From Adineta vaga (Eukaryota > Animalia > Rotifera), in contig CP075493.1 of the NCBI GenBank assembly GCA_021613535.1, positions 682,001-746,000 of the forward strand: 64,000 nt of DNA, in the 5' to 3' direction. The notes beneath the pieces are model-generated. The model was not told the DNA's origin. It did no database searches and saw nothing but the letters and a program-made list of their open reading frames with translations. Of this stretch, positions 36,066-49,918 are shown piece after piece (the first letter of the stretch is position 1; every line of letters begins with the position of its first letter). Made by a program: the position numbers and the translations under genes.

Positions 36066-38415
36066 ATTTTATTCTTATTACTAATACAAACATAAATATT
36101 GATTCACTTAAAATAATAAATCTCACATATTCTTTTGTTTTTCTTCTATTAAATATTAAATATCGGGATAAAGTTCATTTCAAATGATTTTTTCTTTTCT
36201 TAAAATATAATTTCAAGGCAAAATTTCTGATTTTTAATCAAACAATACTCAAAATCATAAATGTCAATACAAACAATATTCCTAATCATAAACTAATAAT
36301 AATAACATCCTATAGGTTTAATATTTGTTAAAGTCAGCCGTAGTTATGATTAGTAGTTTCCAGATGCAGCCGGATTCTTTCATTTTTTCTTTAATGAACG
36401 ACAGTATCTGCACCGTCTTCCGTCTAATTTACTAATTAAACATGTAGTCAATATGGATGACTCATTTGAGATTACTTAACCATTAGTGACTTGTTCAGAG
36501 TCATTCCATGAATGTCGTATGAAGAATTATTCAAAGTGTATTCTTTTTAAACATAATATCAATTGTTTCATTTTTTATTATGTTTAATATAATTCAATTT
36601 TAATGAAAAGTTATTTCTATAGGATAGATGTGGATGTTTTCATTTCATTTACATCTTTTGTTTAAGTATACATAATTCTCAATTTATCTTCGATAAATAT
36701 TTTTGTTTTTCCTCACAAACGTCAAATAAATTCCTATGTGTGTCAAAGGAATAAAGTAAATAAAATACAAAACGAGAGAGAAGAAAAATCAGCACCGTCA
36801 CAGTAATGACATCTAGAATGGTTTTTTGACTTTGTTCATGGATATCTTTTTTCTGATATAAAATATAATGATACAAGAAAAAAATTATTATTGCATATGA
36901 AATAACTAAATGGATTTCAATTGAACAGATTATACTTACAACGAAATTATATAACTTCATCTGATGTTTGTGTTCTTGCTAATATTTTAAAAGTTAATTA
37001 TACATTAAAGAAACTTTAACTTGAATATAATACTATTCTCTTTCACGCAGAGAAGAGTCCAGTAAACATAAATTGTTTGATTGCTTGCTTGTATCTCCGC
37101 AGGGTCAAAAAAACATCGCAAATCTATTTTCCACGGTTTTCAATTGTTTTTCCAGTAAATGTGAAGAGGATGCATTTCTACGAGAAAGAGCTAAGCGAGT
37201 CCTTGGACGAGCATTACTTGATGATAATTATGCAATGTATGAAATTTTTGATGTTTTAAAACGATATAATTACATAATAATAGAATTACAGATGAAATTG
37301 TCAACACAATTTTAGAAATGATTGCAAAGTTTTGCTTTCGAAAATAGAAGTAGCAGCTTCGTCACGAAAATCTTATCTATCAGTGATAATATATAGAGTT
37401 AAAAAAAAGAATTTTATCAGTTTTTGAAACTATCCATTGCTTTTCTTTTTGTCCTTTCGAAATTCAATATTTATTCTCACTGTTCTTAAATTAAATAAAA
37501 CTAAGAAGTCAATTACATAATGTGTCTAAAGTTATCATGATCGATATCCTTCTTGTTTAAATATCTGATCAATAACTTTTGACTTTTTAATCATTCAAAT
37601 GATCGAAATTGATTAAGTTTAATCGTTTGAATATTAGAAATAAAGGAAGAATATCTTAAAAGAACTTTTATTGAACTTATATATATACAATCGATTTCTC
37701 TTTGAGAAATGTGCTCGATAGAAATAAATCATATTTATATTCGCAATCTGATTTAATTCATTTATTAATATAAAAATCGAAATTCATTATAATCTTTGCT
37801 CAATTGAATACATTCGGTTCTTGTCTAAACTATGAAGTGTAATTTATACGAAGAAGAATAATTATGAGAAATAAGAATGTCAAGGAAATATTAAACAAAA
37901 TGAAAATTTTTCTTCTTTTCTTGATTAATTAAAAAATATATCGAATATTATTTAAATAAGATTAATTAAATTAACAAAAATAATTATTAGATTTCATTAA
38001 GATTAAGAAATATAAATGAAATGTTCATTTAAATGATTTTATTCTCTTGAAAATAATAATAAAATAGAAAAGAAAGAGAAATTATTAAATTTAATTGATA
38101 AAATATAATTTATTAAATGATTAGAATAGATTTGTTAATAAAGAAATCTTTTAATGTTTTTTATCTGAAAATCTAAAAGAAATAGAAAAAACTTCGAAAC
38201 ATTTTTTGAATTGCCATAAATCATTTATTTATATTGTCTAATTTAAAATAAAAATCAGAAATTTTGTCTTAAAATTCAATTTTAAGAAAATAAAATAACG
38301 TGATTTAATGAAAAAAGTTCTTAAAAAAGATAAATGAACTTTAAATATTTGTTAAATGATTTTGATTTTTTGAAATCAAATATAAAAAGCAAAAGAATTC
38401 TTTTAATAATTAAAA

Positions 38416-40423
38416 ATGATTTCTTCAATCTTTTTCTTCTTCTTAATTCAACAAATTCAAGGTAAAATTTTATTTCAATTTTTATTATTCTTTTTCTTTT
38501 TTTGAAAAAAAAAAGGAATTTCATATAATCAACCATCAATTTCATTTGATTCATCATGGAATTCTAATGGAACAATAATTGCAAATCAAACATTAATTGG
38601 ATTATTTCCTTCAGATTTCTTTATTGATAAAAATAATACAATTTTTATTCCAAATCGAGAAACAAAACAAATTCTTCTTCTTTCTCTTCAAGGAAATTTA
38701 AATTCAAAGATGAATATTTCAATAAATTCATCAACTATTTTTATTGGAGAAACAAATGAAATATATTTTGATACATTTGAATTCAATAGTGGTGTTAGTC
38801 AAATTGAATTAAATTCAACAAATTTAATAAAAAAACAAATGAATTTATGTGAACAATGTTTTGATATTTTTATTGATTCGAATCAAAATCTTTTTTGTTC
38901 AATTTCAACTCGACATCAAATTCTTTCAAAATCATTAATTTATTTATGGAATCCTTTAATGATTATTGCAGGAACAGGAACAAAAGGTTCAACATCAACA
39001 ACACTTTCAAATCCAAAAGGAATTTTTATTGATCAATCAAATCAAAATTTATTTGTTGCTGATTGTGATAATAATAGAATTCAATTATTTCAATCAGAAT
39101 CTTTTATTGGTCAAACTATTGTCGGAAATTATTCATTAAATTTTACAATTAATTTAAATTGTCCTTCGGATATTATTTTAGATTTGAATCAATTTTTATT
39201 TATTATTGATTCAAATAATCAAAGAATTATTCAACAAAAACAAAATGGATTTTTTTGTATTATTGGTTGTACAAATTCACAATTAAATTCTCCGTCAACT
39301 ATTTCATTTGATTCATTTGGAAATATTTTTATTATTAATCAAAATTATCATCAATTAATTAAATTTGATTTAATTATTTATCAATCGAAAGGTTTCCTTT
39401 TCTTAATTCATTTATTTTTATTCAAATCAATTTTCTTTTTTAGGATGGATTAACACAGGAAATATGAGTGTTGGACGATATTATCATACAGCAACAATTT
39501 TATCAAATGGAACAGTTTTAGTTACTGGTGGATACAATGGTGGTTCTTTTCTCAAGAGTGCTGAATTATATGATCCAACAACAGGTAATTGGACAACAAC
39601 AAACAATATGAATGTCGGACGAGGATATCATACAGCAACAATTTTATCAAATGGAAAAGTTTTAGTTACTGGTGGATCTGGTTCTCTCAACAGTCCTGAA
39701 TTATATGATCCAACAACAGGTAGTTGGACAACAACAAAGAATATGAGTGTTGGACGATATTATCATACAGCAACAATTTTATCAAATGGAAAAGTTTTAG
39801 TTACTGGTGGATGGAATGGTAGTGTTTATCTCAAGAGTGCTGAATTATATGATCCAACAACAGGTAATTGGACAACAACAAAGAATATGAGTGTTGCACG
39901 AAGATATCATACAGCAACAATTTTATCAAATGGAAAAGTTTTAGTTACTGGTGGATATAATGGTAGTTCTTCTCTCAACAGTGCTGAATTATATGATCCA
40001 ACAACAGGTAATTGGACAACAACAAACAATATGAATGTCGGACGAGGATATCATACAGCAACAATTTTATCAAATGGAAAAGTTTTAGTTACTGGTGGAG
40101 CGAATGGTTTTTATCTCAACAGTGCTGAATTATATGATCCAACAACAGGTAGTTGGACAACAACAAAGAATATGAGTGTTGCACGAAGATATCATACAGC
40201 AACAATTTTATCAAATGGAACAGTTTTAGTTACTGGTGGAGACAATGGTTTTTATCTCAACAGTGCTGAATTATATGATCCAACAACAGGTAATTGGACA
40301 ACAACAAAGAATATGAGTGTTGCACGAAGATATCATACAGCAACAATTTTATCAAATGGAAAAGTTTTAGTTACTGGTGGAGAGAATGGTAATTCTCTCA
40401 AGAGTGCTGAATTATATGAATAA
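38416..40423 (+). CDS. Secreted NHL-repeat + 7x kelch (galactose-oxidase-type beta-propeller) protein, 3 exons
   Basis: Signal-peptide exon MISSIFFFFLIQQIQG. Introns 38462-38515 and 39392-39443 keep frame. SYNQP...WN start and NHL motif LSNPKGIFID...LFVADCDNNRIQ. Seven R..HTATILSNG.VLVTGG...SAELYDP repeats. Confidence 0.9.
39464..40420 (+). repeat. Coding tandem repeat, 7 units of ~140 bp
   Basis: Near-identical nucleotide framework acagcaacaattttatcaaatggaa(a/c)agttttagttactggtgga in every unit. Confidence 0.95.
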
Positions 40424-41834
40424 AACTTGATAAAAAGAGAAAAGTTTTTATTTAAAATAGAAATTGGTAATGAAAAATTGTAAAAGAATATTTTTAAAAA
40501 TAAAAATAAATATTTGAAATAAAATTTTTTTCTTAAAAATTCTTCATTAATGAAAAAAGAAAAATATTTTTGTTTAATTTTTTCTTTGAAAAAGATTTTC
40601 GTTTTTTAAATAAATAAAAGTTGATTTAAAAATGATTTTTCTTTAATTTTATTTAACAAATAAATTGAAATAAATAAAAAAAAGAACAAAAATTCTATTG
40701 ATTATTTAATTTTCAATAAATAAATTCAAAAGATTCAATAAAATCTTTTCGTATTTTAATTTAATATTTTATTATTTATTTATAACTTAATCTTTCTTTG
40801 ATCATCTTTTTGTAATTTGAAAATATTTATTTAATACTAGAAATATTTCTATTAAGTTTATTATTTACAAAGAGAAAGATTTATTAATAGAATTCAATAA
40901 AAATAATAGAAAAACATGGAAATATTCAGTAGAAATTTGATTTGTTTATTTTCTATTTAAAATAACAATGAAAATGACATAAAAAAATCAATGGATTGTA
41001 AAAGATATTGTTTTATTAATATTGATAATGAAATTTGAATAGAAGTAGAAAAGAAATCTTAGAATAAAAATAAATAAAATCAGCTTTAAAATTTGATTTA
41101 AAGAAAATAACATATATGTTAAAGAGTAACAAATTATTTGAATTGATTAATAAAATAAACAAACATATTTTTAATGAAATATATCTTTAATATTTATTTT
41201 ATTTCTTTGAAAACAATCATAAATTTACATATGTCACTATAACATGAATGTTAGTCAGTGTTGTTTGTATAATTTCTGATAAAAACAAAAGAAAAAAGTG
41301 CGTTTTTCATTATTTGGAAAGAAGAGATGAAGATGGATCGAATCATTTATTATTAGTTTTTTTTTAATATCGATTTCTTCAGTATTTGTATTCAATTGTT
41401 ATAAATATCACAAAAATGTTTGTTTTTTTTCATAGAAAATGAAAACGGAACAAAAACGAGTATTTCTCATAAAAAAAATCATATTATTTATCTCCGTCAT
41501 TCGTAATTTGAATTTTACATGTGATTGTTAAATCTTTATTTTTTCTTTCGAATAATGATGAAAAGCAAAGCTTTTTAAGAAAATCTATTCCAAAACTACT
41601 CATTAGCATTCGCATTACCATGACACATACAAACGAAATAACTCGTCCTATCGAAATTTCATTTTCATGATATTGATTAAGAGTATATATATGTATTTCT
41701 TATTAATTGATATTGTAAAACAATGAAGTTTTTTTTTCAATAAAATACAAAAGAATTCTATGACGATGAAAATGAATTTTCTACTAACTAATAAAACAAC
41801 ATTTTAAATAATAATTTAAAATCAAAAGAATTTT

Positions 41835-43400
41835 TTATGAAATACGAAAAATCGATTTAATAATTGGAAGTAATTCATTAAGATCTTGTGGTGATAAAAC
41901 TCTTAAAATATTTTTTCTCATATCTTCTTGAATTTTTTGCCATGAAATGATTTGAAAAACAAGTTGACTAAATACTTGAATAGTTTTATTAAATCCATAA
42001 ATTGTCTCTAAATATTTTGATAATAATTCAATATAATTATTTTGTGTTTGATAAATATGAATTCTATCATAAAGTATTGATTCATAATCATTTGTTATTG
42101 AAAAACCATTTGTAAAAATAATAATAATAAATAATAAATAAATTATTTTTTCATCAAATTCAGCAATTCTTAAAAATGAACCAAAAATTTGTTTTGTTTG
42201 TCGAAATGTTTCATAACCATAAAGTATTTGTCTTAATTGAATATTTGTTGGTATATCAATATCTGATTGAATTATTTCATGTGGTTCAATATTATAAGAC
42301 AATGTACAATAAATTCCTAAAATTAACATTAAATTATATTTAATTAAAATAATTTTATCATCAATATTTAATTGATTAAATTCATCAATTTGTTTAAAAA
42401 ATGATAAAAGTTCTATAATAGATTTTGATCGACTATTTAAAGTTTGTAAAAATGTTGTTATTTGAATTGATGAATTATAAGAAAGATTCTCACGAGATGC
42501 TAAAATAGAAATCAAAAATGAAATTAATAAGAAAAGAATGAATATCTGTACCAAGTTCAATTCGATTTTTATAAAAAATTGAAATATTTTCAATACGTTG
42601 TAAATCTTCTGAACTTAATAATGATTTTGATGTTAATGGAGAAAGAAGATCAATAAAATCAGGAAGATGAATATTTGTATTAATTGATGTTAATAACTAA
42701 AAAAGAAATCATTTATTTTTTTCTTAATTTGAAGAAAAAAAAGATTACATCATCAGATAATTGAGATTGTAATGTTAAATTTCTATTTTGTTCAATTTCA
42801 CGACGTTTTGTTACTTTTTGTTCAATCTAAAAGAAGAAAAAAAGAATTTTCTTTAAAAAAAAAAAACTCAAATTTAAAATTTACTGTTGAAAGTTTTTCA
42901 CGTTGCATTCCATTATTAAAACATTTTGTTAAACGACATGATGGACAATTACGACGTGTTTCTGAAGTTATTTTACAAGAATTTTTATCACGACATGGAA
43001 ATGTTATCTAAATAAATAAAAATTAAATTTATTCTAAGAATTATTTTTAGATTTACAGGATTTTTAAAAGCATTTCGACGAAAAAAAGCTTTACAACTTT
43101 CACAAGCAATTGCACCAAAATTATATCCATATGCTGATGATCCACAAATAACACAAGTTAATGATTTGGATTTTGGATTTGTTGATTTTATTTTTTTCAT
43201 CTGTACATATAAAGAATTCTTTTTATTTATATAAAATTATGATATAAATAATGTACTTGTTGATTTGATGGAACATTAATCTGTTGTAATAAGAATTCAT
43301 TATTAGTTTTTTCAATTTCATCGATAATACTGTCATCAGCAGTAATAATCATTATTCGTCGTCGTTTTGAATCTTGTGTTGATAACATTTCAGACGTCAT
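41835..43400 (-). CDS. Nuclear hormone receptor, NR1J/HR96/DAF-12-like, ~6 exons
   Basis: C4 zinc finger CVICGSSAYGYNFGAIACESCKAFFRR (P-box ESCKA), second finger CPSCRLTKCF, ligand-binding-domain signature FFKQIDEFNQLNIDDKIILIK. Confidence 0.9.
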
Positions 43401-43988
43401 TTGTTTTATTTTAAGAAAAATCTATCGTAATTATAAAAACTATGAAAAAAATAAAAATTTAGAATAGTTTTTTCGATAAACATTCTTTGTTTTTCTCTTT
43501 TTTTAAATATATAAATAACATAGAAAAAAAACCGAATTTATTCAATTTTTATATGTTCATTATAGAGATAATAATACATACTTTAAATATATTCAAATGA
43601 CATTTATAGAATTATTTCGATTAGTAATAACAACATCTGTGTTCGTACTGAATCATATCTATATGAGATGCTTTATTATTTTTCTATTTGTGACTAATAG
43701 AAAAGAAAAGGACAAACTTTTTTTCTTATGTTCTCTTCAAGCAATGGCGACGAAAAAAAAACTATAATCATTAAATATTCCTTTTTCTTTTTTCTTTCTA
43801 AAAGTAACTATTTTACTTGCTATTATCGTCACACGTGGATATATGCTATCAACAACAACAACAATAACAAATGAAAATCTATATACATCAATATCGCTTT
43901 ATTATCTGATTTGAAAATAACGATAAAGATTTTTCTAAGAATATATTATTTTATTTATAAATATTTATACGAAAGTACAACACGTAAT

Positions 43989-44915
43989 TCAGAGTTTTTC
44001 TTTAACAACAAAAATATTTCCTTTATTTTCTTCTTGACGATTGTGTTCATTGTTTTGTATGATAGGAAAAGTATCATTCTGATTTCGAGGTAAATAACCA
44101 TTACCAGGAAAGAAAATAACAAAGATCGTTGTAGCTATAAAGATGGGTAAAGTATCGAAGATATAAAAGTAAATTTCATGAACAGCTAAATAACCAGTAA
44201 AACCTTGAGCAAATTCAATAACACGATAGATTTGTCGAAGTAAGACGAGAGAACTACTTAAATAGATTATATAAAGGAATTGACGCCAATCTTTTTGACA
44301 GAGACTACCACTTGGAAAATTTGGTGGTGATTTTCGTGTACGATAATCAAAATAGATAACTTGTACACAGAAAATAGCAAATGAAGCAAGATTGACTGAA
44401 AGACCAGCTAGAAGAATATTTAATCCTGTTTGTGCATTTGCCGGATTTTTACTTGCTGTCGTAAGTAATCCTGCACCAGTTATTTGCATTAGTAATGAGA
44501 AAACATCACAAACTATAAAGATCCATGCAACTAATTTCGGTTTAATCAATGAATATTGATTACCTACAGCATGCATTAAACGACCCAAGAGAACATATTC
44601 AATTGCCGCATTAAATACAGGTGCAAGAATAATACAAGCATGCATACATGCATACAAACCGGTTTGTCCAACTGGTTGTATAACTAATGGAATTCGAGTA
44701 CTATAGCCAATAATTTCCATAATACATCCAATTAAAAGTGTAATCATATACCAAGATCGTTTTCGGATTGTCCAAACAGACAAACAAATAAAGGTAAATG
44801 TAAAAAGAATCAAAGAAACAACAGTTGCACCCATTGATGGTATGTAATGAAATGGATTAGCTGGATCATCGGCACCACCTGGAGTATAACTGATTGTTGT
44901 AGATCCGTTTGACAT
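43989..44915 (-). CDS. RTA1-like 7-TM protein (fungal lipid-translocating exporter family), intronless
   Basis: EIIGYSTR, LAPVFNAAIEYVLLGRL, CDVFSLLMQITGAG, YRVIEFAQG, HEIYFYIFD. Confidence 0.88.
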   Translation of the reverse strand: MSNGSTTISYTPGGADDPANPFHYIPSMGATVVSLILFTFTFICLSVWTIRKRSWYMITLLIGCIMEIIGYSTRIPLVIQPVGQTGLYACMHACIILAPVFNAAIEYVLLGRLMHAVGNQYSLIKPKLVAWIFIVCDVFSLLMQITGAGLLTTASKNPANAQTGLNILLAGLSVNLASFAIFCVQVIYFDYRTRKSPPNFPSGSLCQKDWRQFLYIIYLSSSLVLLRQIYRVIEFAQGFTGYLAVHEIYFYIFDTLPIFIATTIFVIFFPGNGYLPRNQNDTFPIIQNNEHNRQEENKGNIFVVKEKL

Positions 44916-46899
44916 TAAAAATTGATTATAGAAATGAACGAATGATTAATGTAAAATCTGGAAACAAAATTACATTTTCAAAAGATACTTTCAATTTTAT
45001 ACTATAATAATATAAAGGGAAGTTATTTTAATACCATCTTTCAAACTGAACTTTTTGTGCCTGACACATTTAAACCAGAGATTAAAATCATCTTTAATCG
45101 AAGAAAAATCCTATGTACAATGTGATACTAAATGATAGTAGCTCAATAGGCTCTGTCTCGAAATAGATCCAGAGAGGAGTGAAAGATATCTAAACTTAAA
45201 TCTCTATAAATTCGAATACTCCTTTTATATTATATTTGACAAAAAAAGTGTACTAACTAAGGAGCAAATAGCACTCTCTTTTTATAGTGCTATTATCATT
45301 TCTCATTGTCGTCAAGATAACACACCTTGATGACTTTTTAATTAACCACAGAGTATTTTACCCTGACAACGAACCACAGAACCGAAAGTGCACTATAAAA
45401 ACGATGAGTCATACTAGTCTTTTCTTTCAAAATAGTAAAAGAAAAACAGTGTTCTGTCTAATAAAAATACTTTTTTCATGTATAATAATCTTGAAATAAT
45501 TCATCGTTGATCGTCGATATAGTCATCAAGTAAATTCATGTCAACAGCATTACTGTACACAATTGTGATTGAATAATATAAATATTTTCACGTTTTTTTA
45601 AAGATTTCTTTAAGTGAATTAGTTGAGTTGCCTTCAGATCTATTACGTAATAAAAATTTCGAGGAAAATAAGTATCATAACATACTGACATTTCACTGTT
45701 CGAAAAATATAGTATCGATAAAGAATTTTTAACTACAAATATAAATATATGAATGGATTGATGTTGTATTTAATCCAAAAAGGAAGTTTAAAACGTGATT
45801 GAAACCATCTTCATCATCAACAAAATTCTTTGGATCCAAAAAAAGTGAAAAAAAAGAAATTTTTGTAATCCGTTGAGTAGTATTGTATAGTTGTCAAAAA
45901 TAAACTCTCGTATCATCTTATGAAAAATAAGCGAATTCCCTGGATAGTTCGAAATCTAAGTGGGTTACAGAAAAACATATCTTTACCCGTGTACCTCTTT
46001 ATCACAAAATCAAAAGTCAAGATAACATCATAGAAGATGATAAATATAGAAATTTAATCGAAGATTTTATTATATATTGGAGACATCATTTAATTCTCTA
46101 CTGATATATCATAGTAGTATCATAAGTTAACAATATCTATACTATATGAGGACGATCATAGATATAACAAAAATCAATGATAAATATTCAGATCATAATC
46201 ACATATATAACACACTATTTATTATTATTTAATTGTAATTATAGTGAAAACTATGAAAGTACTATAAGTTGATCATTTTTCTTTTCTTTTCTTTTCTTTT
46301 CTCTATTAAAACGACTGATTCAGTGGACATTTTTTCAACGAAGAAGCTGAAAGATAGATGAATGATTAATTGACATGAAATTAAAAAAAGATGATGAATC
46401 AACATTGATTGCATCGATTTCCAATGACAATGAAGATAAAATTCGACTGAAATCAGTTGTTATATTTGTTGAGAAACACAATGAAAAATATGATCTTCTA
46501 GTGGTCAAATGCAACAATAATTAGTTATATTTTGTTTATTCTCAGTTCTGTTGCGATTCCATTTATAACTGAACTTAGTGTCTTATCACATTTGCAAATA
46601 CTTTATGTTTGAAAACTGCATATGAATATTATTATGAAATAATACCAAAAATTATTTATAGTTATATATTTAATGAATTAGAAGAACAACATCTTTGAAA
46701 TCTTAATAAAAACAAATCAATTACTTTAAAAATTAAAATAAATAATTGAACTCTTAACTATCTCATATACAAAATAAATATAAACAAAAGTTTAAAAGAA
46801 AAGGTTAATTAAAATATTGAATATATTCATAATATAATTCAACATATTAATACACAGAAGATAAGATATACATATTTTCATTTTTAATCTTTTGAAATT

Positions 46900-47260
46900 A
46901 TATCAACAAATTTCGGTACAAATACTATTACAGAAGAAATCGTCAAATCTTTTGAAAATAAATCTTGATAGTAAAAATTAATTCTTATAATTGAAGATAC
47001 ATCAGGTAAATTTAATTTGATGAAAGCAAAATATTTTATCATTATTTTCTTTTTCTTTTTCTTTTTTGTAAGACATTGGTATTGAAACAGCTCGTGCATT
47101 AGTAATGACACAAATGCTCATTTATTTCTAACAGTATGAAATATCAATCAAGAGAAACAAATTGTAGAAGATATTAAAAACTCAACATAAAATAATCAAT
47201 TCGACAATGTATTAAACAACTTCAATCATATCAATTACCAATTCATATTCTTATTTTTAA
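46900..47260 (+). pseudogene. Remnant of an RDH/WWOX-type SDR gene
   Basis: Degenerate LILII..TS|DIGIETARAL...HLFLTV across a GT-AG intron, with stops and frameshifts. Confidence 0.45.
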
Positions 47261-48020
47261 ATTTAATATTAATATTACGTACAAAATCAAATAATTAAGA
47301 TGATTCATCTCCTTTTTCATTATCAAGGTTTCAATCCACAAAATAGTTTGTATTATATAAAATTCAATCAAACTGAACCAATATTTGAAATTGTCAGAAT
47401 TTTCTCAAAGAGAGAAGGAGAAGCACGAACTAATTGACTTGTCATTGATTATTCTATCACAAATCAACATACTTTTTTCCCTATGTAAAAATCAAAGTGT
47501 CACTTGAATTGTTTTTCAAATGAACTATCTTAATTGAAACCCTTGGTTAACATCCTCATTATTGCCTTCGTCCTCACCTCAAGTTCTATGAATGTATGAT
47601 TTTGAATAGATTTTCTATAATTTGTTCAATATAATATTAATTGATTTATTAGATTTTATCTTTGATTCAACAAACTGGTGATATTCAACGTATTGATAAA
47701 ACTATTGTCTTGTAATTTTAAAAAAATCTTCACTAATAATTTCTATTTTTCTTTTTCTTTTGATTAAATATTACATTCATTCTGTATTCAATGTTCTTTT
47801 CTCGTTTGAACTTTCACTAATGTACTTTTTTCATACCAAACGTCAAATAAATAACAGAATATTGAGAACTTACAGAATGAGAAAAGAGAAAACAACACAT
47901 CATTGTCATGTCTTCTAAAGTATCGTAAAATAGAAGTTCTTTTTTTCAATTTTTCTTTTGCATTTCATTCGAAACAAGTATAAAAAGATATTCGACTTTT
48001 CATCAGACATTGATTCAATA

Positions 48021-49344
48021 ATGTTTTTGAATTATCTTTATTTTCATGGAAATCTTCAAAAATGTAAACAATATTATATCTCTGGTGTATTTTTCTTAAG
48101 TTGTTTAATTGTAATTCAATTTCATCAATCATTTTTAATTCTAAATCATAAATTAGATTCTGTATTATTGATCAAAAAACAGATTTATTCAACGTTTTCA
48201 TATGAAAATCGTTCGAAATTACTTGATAATCATTGTAATTACTCCAATATATTCATATCTGATATAATAAAGTCATCACCAACTAATTTAACACGTTTAT
48301 ATCCATGGCTTCATTCATCTATATTTCCTGTTCAATCTCAATCATTAATATATTGTGCTATTCCAAAAATAGCATCAAAAACTCTTGTTTCATTGATGAT
48401 TTATGTTTATATTCGTGATACAATTGATAATCTGAAGAAAAATGGAACAAATCTTGATAAAAATCCAAATGAAATTAATCGTTTTATAAATACTTCTTTA
48501 TTAATCAAAGAACTAAAAAAAGTGAGAAAAAAAAACAAAATTTCAATTTCAAAAGATTTAAATATATTTTATATTTGATTAGAATGGAATTTCAATTCCT
48601 GATAATGATAAATCAATTGATTCATTAATTGAAATTTATCTTCATCTTCTTCGTTTTGAAAGTATTAATAATAAATCTCCATCTCTTTTTCTTAATCCAT
48701 GGAGATTTAGTTTAAAAGATGTTTTTCCTAATGTTCATTTCACAAGTTTAACAAATCTTTCGAATATATTTTCATCTCAATTTACTCGAGTTTTATTTGT
48801 TCGACATCCATTTGAACGTTTAGCATCAGCTTATAAAGAAAGAATAGCAACACTTCCAAAAGATCGAATACAATCTGAACCTCATTATGATAATATTAGA
48901 AAAATAATTTGTCATCGTTATTCACGATTAAATTCAATTGAAAGAAATAATGATCTATGTACAAATTATATTCCATCATTTGAACATTTTATTCAATATA
49001 TTCTTATAGGAACTGAAACAACATTTGGAATATCTCGAATGGATACACATTGGCAACCTTATTCAACTGTTTGTCAAGTTTGTAAATTTCAATATAATTT
49101 TATTGGAAAATATGAAACATTTAATGAAGATTTTCATTTATTACTTAAACGTCTTAATGTAACTGATTGGAATATTGAAAAAAGACGTGGAGCATCAGGT
49201 CATAAAACAAAAGATTATCAACTATTATATTCATCATTATCAGATAATTCAATTTGTCAACTTAAACGTCTTTATAATGATGATTTTCATTTATTTAATT
49301 ATCGAATTGAAGATTATATTAATCGAACAACACTTAATTGTTAA
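48021..49344 (+). CDS. Golgi carbohydrate sulfotransferase (CHST11-14-like, Sulfotransfer_2), 2 exons
   Basis: N-terminal TM, YCAIPKIAS (5'-PSB), FVRHPFERLASAY (3'-PB), DTHWQP, FIGKYETF, LYNDDFHLFNY; intron 48522-48582 is in frame. Confidence 0.9.
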
Positions 49345-49399
49345 ATATATTCTTTCAGATGATTAGAATCATGTGTGAATATGTATATTTAGTTATTAA

Positions 49400-49918
49400 T
49401 AAATGTGGAAACTTCGAATTTTTTCCGAGAGTTATGTGTACTGAAAAAAGTGTATGAGAGAGAGATGAACCATTCTAGAATATCTACGCATCAAAATTAC
49501 CACGAGAAATTTTTCGATGAGCAAAATTTCTGATGACTTATTTTTGAATGAATTGTTATATATTTGAATCTATCGGAATAATGATCATATGCAACCTCAT
49601 GAATCTATAAATAATCTATGCTAGATAGTCAATATCAATAGCTATGGAGATAAAGTTTTTCTCTTTTCATAGTCCTTCTAACTAGCTACAAAATCCAGCA
49701 TTTGAGAAACACCCAAACTACGATTTGACTGAAAAGCAATATCAGATTCGGAATCAGCGTTAAAAACACCTGTATCTCCTCTCACAGATGGTCTGCCCAG
49801 TAATGTACACAAAGTTTGAGCTCAAGCGAATGCGGTTGTAAAGAGTTATCGTGTAAATGGACGGACGGACGTACAGACCGATTATATTAGTGTGGTCACT
49901 TTTTAAGTACACTAAAAA
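49400..49918 (+). repeat. HINE/DINE-1-like interspersed repeat, copy 2
   Basis: Colinear with 4768-5489, with internal deletions; (GGAC)n microsatellite near 49858; same cactttttaagtacac end. Confidence 0.65.

Noticed and set aside
36950-37320. RNI-like LRR fragments (LANILKVNYTLKKL*LEYNTI); similar traces at ~12980-13120 and ~61680-61930
   Set aside because: Too short and decayed to build a gene model.
39464-40420. CRISPR-like repeat-spacer array
   Set aside because: Units are ~140 bp, in frame and encode kelch blades; there are no cas genes and the context is eukaryotic.
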